A program made the translations under genes and the position numbers. DNA of 63,658 nt, filler included, from Platydemus manokwari (Eukaryota), in assembly GCA_037951405.1 (NCBI GenBank). It is 5 parts of 5 records of this genome, joined end to end, with 100 filler letters (N's around TTAATTAATTAA, not from the genome) between each part and the next. Parts side by side here need not be neighbours in the genome. Positions count along the whole stretch, not along the records: positions 41,145 to 54,376 come from JBBMOY011792505.1; positions 54,477 to 63,658 come from JBBMOY011286872.1; 3 more parts are not named here. One strand, given 5' to 3'. Each line of letters begins with the position of its first letter. The stretch's first letter is position 1. A model generated the notes under the pieces. That model made no database searches and was not told the origin of the DNA. It was given only the letters and a program-made list of their open reading frames with translations. Positions 52,204 through 63,658 of this stretch are shown one piece after another.

Positions 52204-54306
52204 ATGATGGAGTCAAGCTTGTTTGATATGAAAGTAAGAATAAAATAAAATAATACTCATGAATTAATAAAATAATCTTTGAATTAAATCACTAAAATAT
52301 AATGAGAATAATAAGAATAATTATTATCCTATCCTGGAAACATTTTTCTAAATAATCTCTAACAGTTTTTAAGAAATTATATTTTATAAAGTGTAAAAGA
52401 ATTTCATTCGAGAATTTCTATTTTAGGCTGACGAGTGTGAACAGTGTTGAAAGTAAAATTACAAAATGAAACTCTGGATAAATATTTTCCAGGCACATTA
52501 AATATGTTTATAAAATTCAAATTATCGATTAAATTTTTCCATTCTAAACTTAAAGAGAAGACTGAAATAAATAAATATTTATCTATTTATTTGTTCGGAT
52601 TAAATTATTTTTGAAAGTAAAAAATTTCAAGTAAAGAACCTGTTATCGTTGATAGCACAAGAGTCTGCTGGATAAAGCAATTCTACTCATCACTCGTATC
52701 ATCTAGAAAGACATGATGACAAACGCTAGAAAAGGTTTCGATTTGAGTTAATTGAATGATTGTTTCTTTATTCATGGAATTCATAAAAACAAAACCATGG
52801 GTTCACAATATGGTTTTCGGTAACATCGTTGATGGAAATTGTGGATTTGCCTACAAATCAATACCTAATTAACTAGGAGAAATTAATAAAAAATAAACTC
52901 ATAATTGGAGATATGATATTGATTACCAAAATGAATTTATAGCTTTTGAGAAAAAATAATAGCAAAATAATGTCAATAATATTTATTTTATTATTCCAAT
53001 AAGTTTATTAAGCGGAAATCGAGGAGCAAACATTCTATTCAGTACAAAATTGCCATTTTCAAATATTTTTAGACATTCGTCGCATTTTAAGTTTCACCCT
53101 GATAAAAGAAGGAATTTCTAATCAGAAGAGAAAATATGGATATAAAGAATGCTTTCTAATGCACTAGTTGCACCCAAAGATAAAGTTGAACTTTAAAATT
53201 TCCGCGAAACATCACATACTCATTTTATAATTCATGCGATTATTATCGTTAAGATTCCAACCCCCTCTTCAGTCTCATTCACCAGTTCTTTTTTTATTAA
53301 ATCTGGAAATCTGATATCTACTTGATGGGCTTATCTGAATCACTCGATTTCAAATGGATCTCCTAATTGTGAATCATTTTCAGTAGGAATATTATTTTCC
53401 AATACCTTGAAAAGTTTATTTCCTCGTATATCTGTGTTTATCACCACCATCTTTCTAGTTTGTTGTATCAGAAGATAGTGTTTTCCATTCAGCTTAGGAA
53501 TATAAGTTTATTTGGCATTCAAAAATTATATCGAGTTGAGAACATTCAATAGTATTATAATGAGTTGTACAATACTACCCAAGAGCATCATTTTGCAATG
53601 TGATAGCCAGTAGTACTTTCGAAAGTTGTGTTAGGCATTACATGGACATGTAATTTGAACATTTGGTGAAAAGGATTCCATGCTAATTTTAAAGAGATTT
53701 TCAACGATTTGCCTAGGTCACTTTTCTTGGGTAGACGAATACCGATGAAATAATTGTGTTTTGCTTTACAAGTCATAAACTCCACAACATAGAGATCCAA
53801 ACATATTCTTTCACAGTTGTATGAAGGAGTTGTCACTAGCAATGACTCCACAATTTCATTTAAAATAACACTAAAAGAACCACGATATAAAATGAGCATG
53901 ACCCTCACACGCATGAATTGTCAACAATAATTTCTCAAAGGTCATCATCATTTCATATTGTTTCTCATCAAATAATTATCATTCTCCATAAAATTATAGA
54001 AATTATTTTTATCATCTACAAAACTTGAACTAAATTTTGTAAATTTTGTCAAGAAAAGTCATTCCATTCAGAAAAGAAATAATTTTTTTCCTGATTTTCG
54101 CTTAATAATCAAATTTGAAAAGCATCGCAAAACACGTTTGTTCAGAAATTATCAAAATTTGCTAGAAACGTGCAATTCTATCAGCATAATTAATTATAAA
54201 TGAATACGTTTGATTAATATTTTTTTGTTTTACATTTATTGATTTACATATTATTTTAATCTTTGTTTTAAATAACTAATAATAGTAATTATTATCGTTA
54301 TTATTA

Positions 54307-54363
<57 letters not shown>

Positions 54364-54476
54364 TTATTATTATTATNNNNNNNNNNNNNNNNNNNNNNNN
54401 NNNNNNNNNNNNNNNNNNNNTTAATTAATTAANNNNNNNNNNNNNNNNNNNNNNNNNNNNNNNNNNNNNNNNNNNN

Positions 54477-54520
<44 letters not shown>

Positions 54521-57500
54521 GTAAAAAATAATAATTGACTCACTGAGAGACAATATTTGGTGTTGACATTTCAGAATTTGTTTTGTCAATATAATCGTAG
54601 ATTTATGTAAATTAAATATTTTACAACTCTATGGTGTTCCATTAACAGTACAATGACCAGTTACAGCCTGATGATGTATCCTCAAGCCCATCATATGTAT
54701 ATCAAGGTAAGCCCTACAAAAAAGGCGTTGCAAACGGGACATTATCAGATCGATCAAGTACTATTGCCTCATCCTTTTTAGAGAACGAACCATCAATTGA
54801 AATAAACCGAGCCCATCTAATCCAGTTTGAGATATAATTAATTCAATTCAGGATGTAAAATTTTCACATGCAGGTATTCTTCTCCACAGCGAACTCACCG
54901 CAACGAGGATTCCGTATCCACCTTAGAAGTATTAACTTATTTTGAATCAACCTAACAAGAGAAATATAATTTTCTAGGACGTGAATGATTCTGGAGACAT
55001 TTTATTATCAGGAAAAGAGTTGCAAAGTATTCTGCGTTCCTCAGACAGAAGATCTTTCAGACAAACAATTGAACGCAAGCTGAAAGTGCCATATGGCGAG
55101 CCTATAAAATTGCAGCTGCAGATAAATAGCCTAGCTGAATTAGGTAGAAATTTATACGTTGTTCATCATTTTTCCACTCATTATCAGAGGTGATATGGAC
55201 CAAGTCATACATGAATCAAACAGAATTGCTATATGACAACGATGATACTGAAATTAGCGAGATTTTGGGCGAAACCTACAGCACATTTTACTTTCGTAAA
55301 TGGAATACCACAGGAAATGATGAAGGGGTGTACATAGCTTCCATTTCTAACAGACCAGTAGTGGAATTTGCGGTGAAAATAATAGGTATAGTAAAAACTT
55401 ATGTGTTAGTAAAAAATTTTAATAAAATCAATATTGCTATTGAAATAAAGACTAAAATTAATAAGAAGCATTTATTGACTATAAAACATCGATTATAAAT
55501 ATATGAATACAGTAAACAACAAGAAATTTGTCCGACCTACGTTTCGATTGAAGATGCTCAACTGCAGTTGCAGAACCAGCCAAATAGGAGAATTCAGCGT
55601 CGAAGCTTTGGGCTACCCTGAACCAAGAATTAGATTCTATTACCAAAACAAATTGATTTTCACATCGATAGACAAGTACAGGATAGGTTTGATTATCCTT
55701 TCGAATATTAAAATCAATTAGATATTTAAAAATATGATAGAATACAAGGATCAGATCAGTCGTTACAACTTGAAAATTCTGAATGTTACCGATAACGATC
55801 ATGGCACATACAAATGTGTGGCGACGAATTCAAGTGGAACTTGTGAATGCAGTGCACAATTGCAGGTTACAAATGTGAAATTTCGATTTGGTAAGACGAT
55901 ACTCATTATCGATTGATACAGTAATAATTTATCTGAAATTCATTTTCGAAAACTGTTTTGCTAAATTCTCTTTGCTAAACTTTTTTGCGGTTTTAAAGTG
56001 CGGTCTCAAACCGTGATGTATGTTATTTCCTAAAAATTCTTCATTTTTTACGTTTTATTCAAAAGACATAATTTCACCGAACAAATAATATCTATTTATA
56101 ATACATCCATTTTAAACAAATTCTTTTTTGAAAAGTAAAATACTCACATTTTTATTTTTAAATCTTTATTTTTTATATAAATTATTTTTAAATTTTTTTT
56201 TAAAAATTGCGAGATTACAGTAATGTTTTGAGCAAGACCATTTTATAAATATAAATATTTTTAATATAATTATTTAAAAATATTAAATTTTAATTTTAAT
56301 TTTAATCTTATCTAAATTGGAATTATTTATAGCATTCTCAAATAAATCTCACAATCTATATTATGAAAGTTTTTACACACGTAGCCAGTAATTTAAATTA
56401 TATCGTAAGTAATCAATCAGTGGAATGTTGAAATACCATAAATTATTGTGCGTAAAAGGTGTTCAAAATACTTCTGAATTTGTTTACACAAACATAAAAC
56501 ATACTTCGAATTCTTTATGTTTATGGATGAAGCAATAATGGGGTTGAAATATGGCAAACTCAAAATAGAAAACTGAAAAATGATGGCGTTAACATTTCAA
56601 AAGTTTAAAAATTCTTCAAAAATTAAGATTTTTAGGATTTCCTAATTCTAGTTCTTCAAGAGTGCGAAAATGATCAAATGATCTGTTTCCTTTCCAATAT
56701 AAAAACCCCCGCAACAGAACGTTAAAATTAAGATGGAAATTAAACTGACATTGTAATAAATCCATTTTTCGGCTTCTTATCTTTTTCAGAGTTATGTCAG
56801 ATAAGAAAAATAATAACAAGAACGAAGATATAAAATGAAACCACCATTATTCATCCATCGGAGTTACAATGACAGTTTGAAATTCTAAAGTCCCTATTAA
56901 TCTGACTATTAGATATTTTATTTCTGAGAGCTCTAACAATATCTAATGAAATTATTGTGATCTGTTTCGTAGGAGAACGAAATTAAATTGAAAACCACCC
57001 AGTCTGATAATTCATTTCAGATTGCTACTGGTATAACTAATATGCTCATAGAATGATGAATATTTTTATAAATTGATCATCGGGCATGTGATTCTATTAT
57101 TCGAAATATAGATAATATGGTATAATGGTTTGATGACACACTTATCGTCAAATATTTAATTATTGATTAGTCTTTTCATTATTAGATAACAAAATACCAA
57201 AATCGAGTTCAAATTCATCAGTGGAAGATGAAGCCTTCCGATATCCCCCAATTAGCAATAATCTCATTGACTCTGTGGATGGAGCAGAAGAACCTTTAAA
57301 TGAAGTAAATTATGATTCTATGATTCCAATATATATATATATATATATATGATCCAATGAATAATAATGATGAAGTATTTTGAACTAGGTACTTATATGA
57401 AAAAAGTAAGAAGTGAGAAGCAAAACAAAATGTAAAAAAACATTAAGCAAAATCCCATGGATAAATTTTGAAATAAAATAACTTGTGGTATAACAAATTT

Positions 57501-59658
57501 ACAGTCAAATTCTCAAAACAGCTTACAATAATGATCATGACTAAGCTAGCACGCATAACAATAAATATAAAGTCGAGTTTTCTGAACTTATATGAAAAAT
57601 AAATTCCATAAAACTACTAGTTGGATGACTTGAATGAATTTGCTAGATATATACATCAATCTGGCTTTTAAATTATAAAACGGGTTAAATCAATAGATCG
57701 AATTTTTAGTAATTTTCGCATTCCAGTATTTATATTAATTTTTTGTTTAGATAGTTTTATCGAATCTGATATTAATTTCTCGTTATAATAAAAATCTATT
57801 ATTCCAGTTAGTAGAAATACATCAGCATTTGATGTATCTGGAATGGCAATTAGACTGGTTTGAGGAGCAGGTATTAAATCGGTGTTGTTGATATCGCTAT
57901 AAACGTTGTGTCGATATTATTGATGTTATTCTTATTTGTATATAATTTCCTCTCCAAACATCATTAAATAAAATAATTTTATTCTTAAGGCATCGAAGGA
58001 TCACATAAAATCACCAAAGTCAAACAAAAGTCCTATTTTCATCAAAGATCAATTAACCACAATCTCTTCCAGAAATCCTAGTACTGCAAAAGATTACTCC
58101 TCACCAAATTCAATCAAGAATCAAGGTAGACCTAAAGATTACCCATCACCTAATTCACCAAAGGATCAGATCATTACTCGAGATTACGTTTCACCGAGTT
58201 CCACAATGAATAAACATAGCAAAAATTATCCATCGACAAGATCCACAAAGACGGATGACTTCAGAAATAATCCATCATCAGATTCCGTGAAAGACCAATG
58301 GAACACTCAGGATTACTCACCTCAGAATTCATCGAAGAATCAGAGTTACACAAGAAATTACCCATCGCATAATATACCGAAAGATCAACGTGATATCCAA
58401 GACTACAATTCATCAAGTACGTCAAAGAACCAGGGTTATCTATCATCACCAGATTCCATGAAAGACCAAGGAAATTTTAGAGATTACCCATCTCCAAATT
58501 CATCAAAAAACCAAAGCCATACTAGAGATTATACACCCCAACATTCGATGAGAGAACAAAGAAATATTAGAGATTATCCATCATCAAATTCTTCATTGAA
58601 TAGAAGTTATATGAAAGATCATCCCACGCAGAGAGAACAAAGTAACGAAAGAGAAAGAGGTTACACATCACCGAATTCCATGAATAATCCAGATAACGTT
58701 GGGGATTATCCGTCTTCAAATTGGTCAAAGAATCAAAGTTACACATCAAATCCGATTTCTAGATCAGGTTCTTATAAACGAATGACACTACCTGATACAG
58801 TCATTGGAAGAGAAATTCCAGATGAGATGTGAGTTTAATGAATATGCTTTAATGTTCCAGATCAGGGGGTTCTAACAAGTTCCGCAGTTAAAGCCATTTG
58901 AGCTCAACTCTTTTTCATTTTTGCATCTTCAGTGGTTTTTCGACACAATAAAATCATTTACGTTATTGATTCAATAAAGCATTTTCATTTGCTTGTGTTA
59001 TATCCAATATACAAATGATATTGCCTTACATTTTCCAACGTATTTAGCAGTATTATGCACATGAAATTTTAAGAAAAATATGATTAACAAGTTAATGTGA
59101 GAAAATCTGTGTTTATAGAAGGCTCTATAGCCACAAAAATGTTGAAAAACACTGTTAAAGATAGTAAGATGGTGGTTATTAATATCATATTATTACTTCA
59201 TTTATTATACTATATATGTAGAGAGAGACAGATTTAAAAGTTGAGCTATCTTTTATCATTTTATTAGGAAGAGGAAGGAGACACAGAACACTACCAGCTT
59301 ACCGAGACAAAGTTATTCATATAGCACCGAGGTAAATTGATAATCTTATTATGACTATTACTATTACTACTACTATTATTATATAAATAATTATATTAAA
59401 TTCAGCATTTAAACTCTATTGAAAACGCCAAAAGATCTAGCCGTGAAGAAGCAATGAAAACTTCTAGATATTCATTAAGCAATTCTAATTCCAATATATC
59501 AAGATTGAAGCAATTATTTGAACAGCCTGAATTTCCTAAAGTTCAACGGGTTTGTTTCCAATATTTTGTTTTAGTTTAATACTATCCATAAATTTCTATA
59601 CACTTGACAACATTGACATTATAATAGTAAAATAATGACAGCAATAATTACAAAAAAC

Positions 59659-59697
<39 letters not shown>

Positions 59698-59928
59698 TAT
59701 GAAAATAAAAATAATAAACAATAATACACTAAAAAAATGTTGATAATCATTTTTGAAATTATCCCCACAAATAAAAAGAAATGTCAAACGTAATGAAAAT
59801 AATTTAAGTAATTTTATCATTTCTAGAATTCCAGCATCACCGGAAGAACTCCTCGACCTGAATCGAGAGGATCACTAACTCCATTCACAAAAGAGGTACG
59901 AGTAACAAACTATGAGCCATCGAATTGA
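52204..59928 (+). CDS. Intracellular Ig-domain protein (one divergent Ig-like and one I-set domain) with a 15-aa repeat region, ~738 aa
   Basis: Exons 52204-52233 (tentative, across a linker gap), 54649-54824, 54874-54928, 54978-55143, 55188-55385, 55513-55686, 55741-55890, 57186-57304, 57990-58828, 59268-59331, 59406-59549, 59827-59928. All introns are GT-AG and phases are consistent. I-set motifs: PTF, GYPEPRI, LKILNV..DHGTYKCVATNSSG..A.L.V. No signal peptide or TM segment seen. Confidence 0.8.
52650..53900 (-). mobile_element. Possible Pif1/RecD-type SF1 helicase remnant (Helitron-like) in intron 1
   Basis: Ordered degenerate motifs: SDLGKSL (Walker A-like), HVMPNT, IIFECQI (Walker B-like), *FR*AH (GDFRQ-like), TII..TQIET and LYPADSCA (cf. 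LYVALSR). Confidence 0.35.
54285..54520. repeat. (ATT)n - linker gap (54377-54476) - (AAT)n
   Basis: Microsatellites on both sides of a 100-nt N44-TTAATTAATTAA-N44 linker, in opposite orientation. Confidence 0.9.
58092..58745 (+). repeat. Coding tandem repeat with ~45-nt (15-aa) period, ~15 units
   Basis: DYSSPNSIKNQGRPK / DYPSPNSPKDQIITR / DYSPQNSSKNQSYTR / DYPSPNSSKNQSHTR / DYPSSNSSLNRSYMK / DYPSSNWSKNQSYT. Confidence 0.9.
58863..59154. mobile_element. hAT-type MITE in an intron
   Basis: CAGGGGGTTCTAAC ... GTTGAAAAACACTG termini; 8-bp flanks ttccagat and ttaaagat (6/8 match). Confidence 0.55.
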
Positions 59929-60949
59929 TTTTTATTATTTTTCAATTATTATTTCGCTATTAACGTGATTTCAAACTTTTTTTGATTTTTTGCTTGTCAT
60001 AATGGACACCAATGGTCAATATTGCCTCATCAAATTTCTGATCTGATTGATTGTTTTTTTCGGTGTTCTTGCTATATTCAGAAATTATCATTAATAGACA
60101 AGTTTTCATTTTGTTTGGTGTTTTATAAATATTTTATTATTTTTATTTTTATCTTTATTATTACTAATATTATTATTAACGAAATAATACATCTGAAAAG
60201 TAATATATCATTTGAGGCCATTAACAAGTATGATTCAATGTTTCTATATTAAGTAATTTTTACGTATTTAAAATTTAATTTTATTAGATCGTATTTTATT
60301 GTAGCATGATGTTTGAATTCGTATGATACGTTTGGACATCTGTGATTTATTATTTCATAATGTAATCGAAGCTTATGGTTGATGGGTACTAATATTGTCT
60401 TAATCAATCTCTAGCGATTCTATTATTTAAAGTGCGTATTATAATCTATTGTGATGTTGCTTTGCCTCGATCAATAATACGACGACAATGAAATTGTCAA
60501 TAGTAGCACGAATTATGATCGAATTGAATATACAAATCAGTCTCGGTCCATATGTTTCCTTTGAATGTAACTTACCCTAATTCCGTTTAATGTCATCATA
60601 TTTACAATGTTGATGATGAACAAGAACAACATGAATATATAACTTTTAAACAAGATAATGTAACAAATGCGTAACAAACTAATGATGATGACAATAATAT
60701 TCACTGTTACCGTTCAAAGATATAATGTGTGTTTATATGCAATAACAGAGTTATAATCATTAAAATGTTGTTGAAACTCAAATTTAAGAAGAATTTACAA
60801 AATAAAAAGACACTGATCAAGATTATTAAATAACAACTGAAACAAATATAACGAATAAATGAATAGAACGAAGTCGAGTTTGAATAATATTAATAACAAA
60901 ATAACAAGAACAACGGCAAAGTTATACAAAACATTAATCCAATAAGTCA

Positions 60950-61560
60950 TTGAAATTCTCTTTAGGGTTAACAATTGATATTGATCTTATAAATTTCAGG
61001 AAAGGATTTCCAATGCAATTGCCACTTTGTAATATTGGAGCGGGTCGATTGCCACACATGAAATAAATATGAATATTAGAAATTTTGAAATGAGTTCGAA
61101 TGAAATGAAGTGTTCTAATAAATTATCGATTGATTACTTGGTAATTTTTCAAACAAATCGACCACTGCTGCTGTTTCTCTGGCCATATATAGTGAGTGCG
61201 AATGGCAGTTTCCAGGAAATAATTTGTCAGATTCATTTTTAATAAGCATTATTTCTTGTATCTGCGGGTCTTCGGAGGAATTTTTAATTGGCATGAATAT
61301 TTCTGTGCCACGTAATTTTATTTATTCTGCTACAACTTTTGTGCCTGCTTGAAGTTATTAGGAAATCAGTTTATAAACGTTGGAACTTTTCTAAAACTTC
61401 TAGGGTTTCATCAGTAATTTATTTCAGTAATTGATTTTATTTATAATGCATCGAAGTATCTCTCTGAAATTTGTCAAAATCATTTCTTTATAAAATGTTT
61501 ATTAAATGCTTATCTGGTTCTATAAGAGATTTCGATGGTAACTATGAAGACTATATTATC
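60950..61560 (-). mobile_element. Possible hAT transposase remnant
   Basis: GNCHSHSLYMA (CxxH motif) followed by a TR..W-like segment; decayed. Confidence 0.3.
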
Positions 61561-61869
61561 GATAAGTAATTATCCATAAGTTCTTTAAATTTATAAGTTT
61601 ATATTTAAGTACAAAGTGCTATCAGGCTGAATTAAAAACTGAACGAATTTAGTTAACTCAATATCTCGCAAATCTCAACTAGAAAACAAATATAACTGTT
61701 CGGTTAATATAAATGCGATTCTAATTTGTAATGGTTAAAAGGAAAAATTATTATAAACGATATAATTCATATTTAAGAATAATCGAAAGAATTACAAATT
61801 TCAAATTCACAAAATGCAAAAGGATCCTCAGCAATACCCACTGCACCACGCAAGTTGATTTGATGATAT

Positions 61870-63610
61870 TAATGGTTTAGAAATCAAGTGTAAATAAGCA
61901 TAAATGCATCAGTGGAAACAATAAGAAATGAAATAAATATGACATGGTCATTTGATAGAGAAAATAATAGAATGTTTTAATAGAAAAGGCAGCAATGATA
62001 CCTGGAGAAATATGTTCAAATAAAGAAATAGAAAGATTAGGGAGAACCTTAGAATTAATAACGAAATGATTGCTTAAGTATAGTGAATATTTAAGTTACT
62101 ATATGATAGATAAGAAGGAAGAAAATAAGGTTATGGCTATTATGAGGCCATAACGTTTTTGATAAAAAGAAGATAGATGGAAATTTGTTAGAGAAAGGTC
62201 AAGAAAGCCAATTGAATTAACCTGATATCCAGAATGAGTTAGATGTAACACTGGGAGAGATAATGCAAAATAACGAGAAGAAATAAGGTTAAGAATGGAC
62301 AAGATTACCAGCTAAGTTATCAGGAATCACAGCGCACGACTTAATAGTACATATAGGAAAGAGAACGTTAAAGGAACAAAGAGAAATATTTAAGATAATT
62401 GAATGTACATCTATGCAATAGTTTAGGGAATGTATAGATACCTAAAAAGAAAAATCACATGATAAATAAATAGTAAGGTGGAAGACTAGATCCCAACAGT
62501 ATAATAACGACTTTGAAATAGAAAGTGAAATAGAAGGAATATGGACAATATTATATAATGAAAAATGTTTCTATCAATACTCTAAGAAAAATACAAAATG
62601 AAATAGCCTATAATCTAATAAGCGAAGAAGCAAGATACAGTGAAACTAGAAATAGAACCTAGTGCATGTTCATGTAAGGAAATGGAATATATAACAAACA
62701 CCACAGGAAAAAGGATAAGACATTAAAAATATAATTGTACGAAAAGCACACAAAACAGAGTTGGATGTACCAAGTATGATAATTTCTTGTGACACGAAAA
62801 AATGGAAGATTGGTAAAAGTCTAAAGATATGCTAAAAAAATATGAAATAAATATAGCAGAACTCATAGTTATTATTGGAAAAACTGATAAGGACAGCGAG
62901 TAAAAAGGATTAAGAATGATAAATAATAAGGAAAGAAAGAAAGAAAAGAAAGATAATAGACAGTAAGTGAAATCAGATAAATAAAATCAAAAGAAAAGAC
63001 GATATCACAGTATAATACGATAGCCAAAAAAAGAAACAATACCCACAATAATAGCAACGATTTAACCACTTAAAAATTTATTAGGGAAGGAAGAATACAG
63101 CTTTGTATTACTATGGTTAATAACAACAGAAGATAATAGAGGCATTATTAGATGTCAACAACAATGTAATTGAAGAAAATTAAGGAATTTGAAAGAAAAA
63201 CAATTTAAAGATGAAAAAAATGAAATAGAATTTATAATGAAATATCGTCAAGAATATGGAGGAAAATTTAAGAATGTTTAGAACGAATAATAATAGGGAA
63301 ATGGGAAGAGCAAATAGAACAAGAATGGAGAGTAAAATTTTTAGTGTTAGTATGGAAAAAACGATTGATGTAATAGAACATTTAAGATTAATATTAAAAA
63401 GCTCAAAACCAATTCAGAATAAATGGAAGTTCAAAACATCAACTGTAAAAAATGAAAGGATAGGAATTTCTTGGGAACCTTATACCAATAAAATCAAGTG
63501 TCGTCCACAGACATCAATAGGAAGAGTAGCAAAAATTAAGATAATTAAAGTAAAGGATAATAACAGTAATAACAACAACAGGAATTTATTAGGTTGTCCC
63601 ATATGAAATG
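61870..63610 (+). mobile_element. A-rich decayed retroelement-like sequence (possible LINE ORF2)
   Basis: Strong purine strand bias and broken ORFs; only weak RT-like words recognisable. Confidence 0.25.
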
Positions 63611-63658
63611 TCCGATTTTCATGCACATATTTGAAGAAGCATAACTCATAAGAAAATA

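Overview
AT-rich animal genomic DNA with many 45-55 nt GT-AG introns, (AAT)n microsatellites and six assembly gaps. It looks invertebrate and planarian-like, which is an inference. Four gaps carry an artificial N44-TTAATTAATTAA-N44 linker. Two host genes can be built exon by exon. The first is a tyrosine decarboxylase-type PLP enzyme (35140-40801, +, 12 coding exons, 423 aa visible, C-terminus not found). The second is a ~738-aa protein with two Ig-like domains followed by a 15-aa Ser/Pro/Tyr tandem repeat (52204-59928, +). The most notable object is a decayed endogenous Polinton/adintovirus-like DNA virus (~10610-15864). It has a protein-primed PolB on + and a convergent virion-module cassette on - (C2H2 zinc finger, penton/minor capsid, adenain-type protease, and a fibre/adhesin-neck-like 'DAVNKKY' ORF). 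It ends in an ACTACT terminus whose last 109 nt form a palindrome with AGTAGT at the inner end. Its penton gene is split by a 5'-truncated RLE-type (NeSL/R5-like) retrotransposon with a T-rich tail, and its PolB is interrupted at the 5' side by a young mariner-like end. The rest is a graveyard of Ty3/Gypsy, LINE, Tc1/mariner, hAT, Merlin-like MITE and Pif1/Helitron-like remnants, plus a probable dynamin-family pseudogene. All family assignments come from motif recognition by eye; no searches were run.
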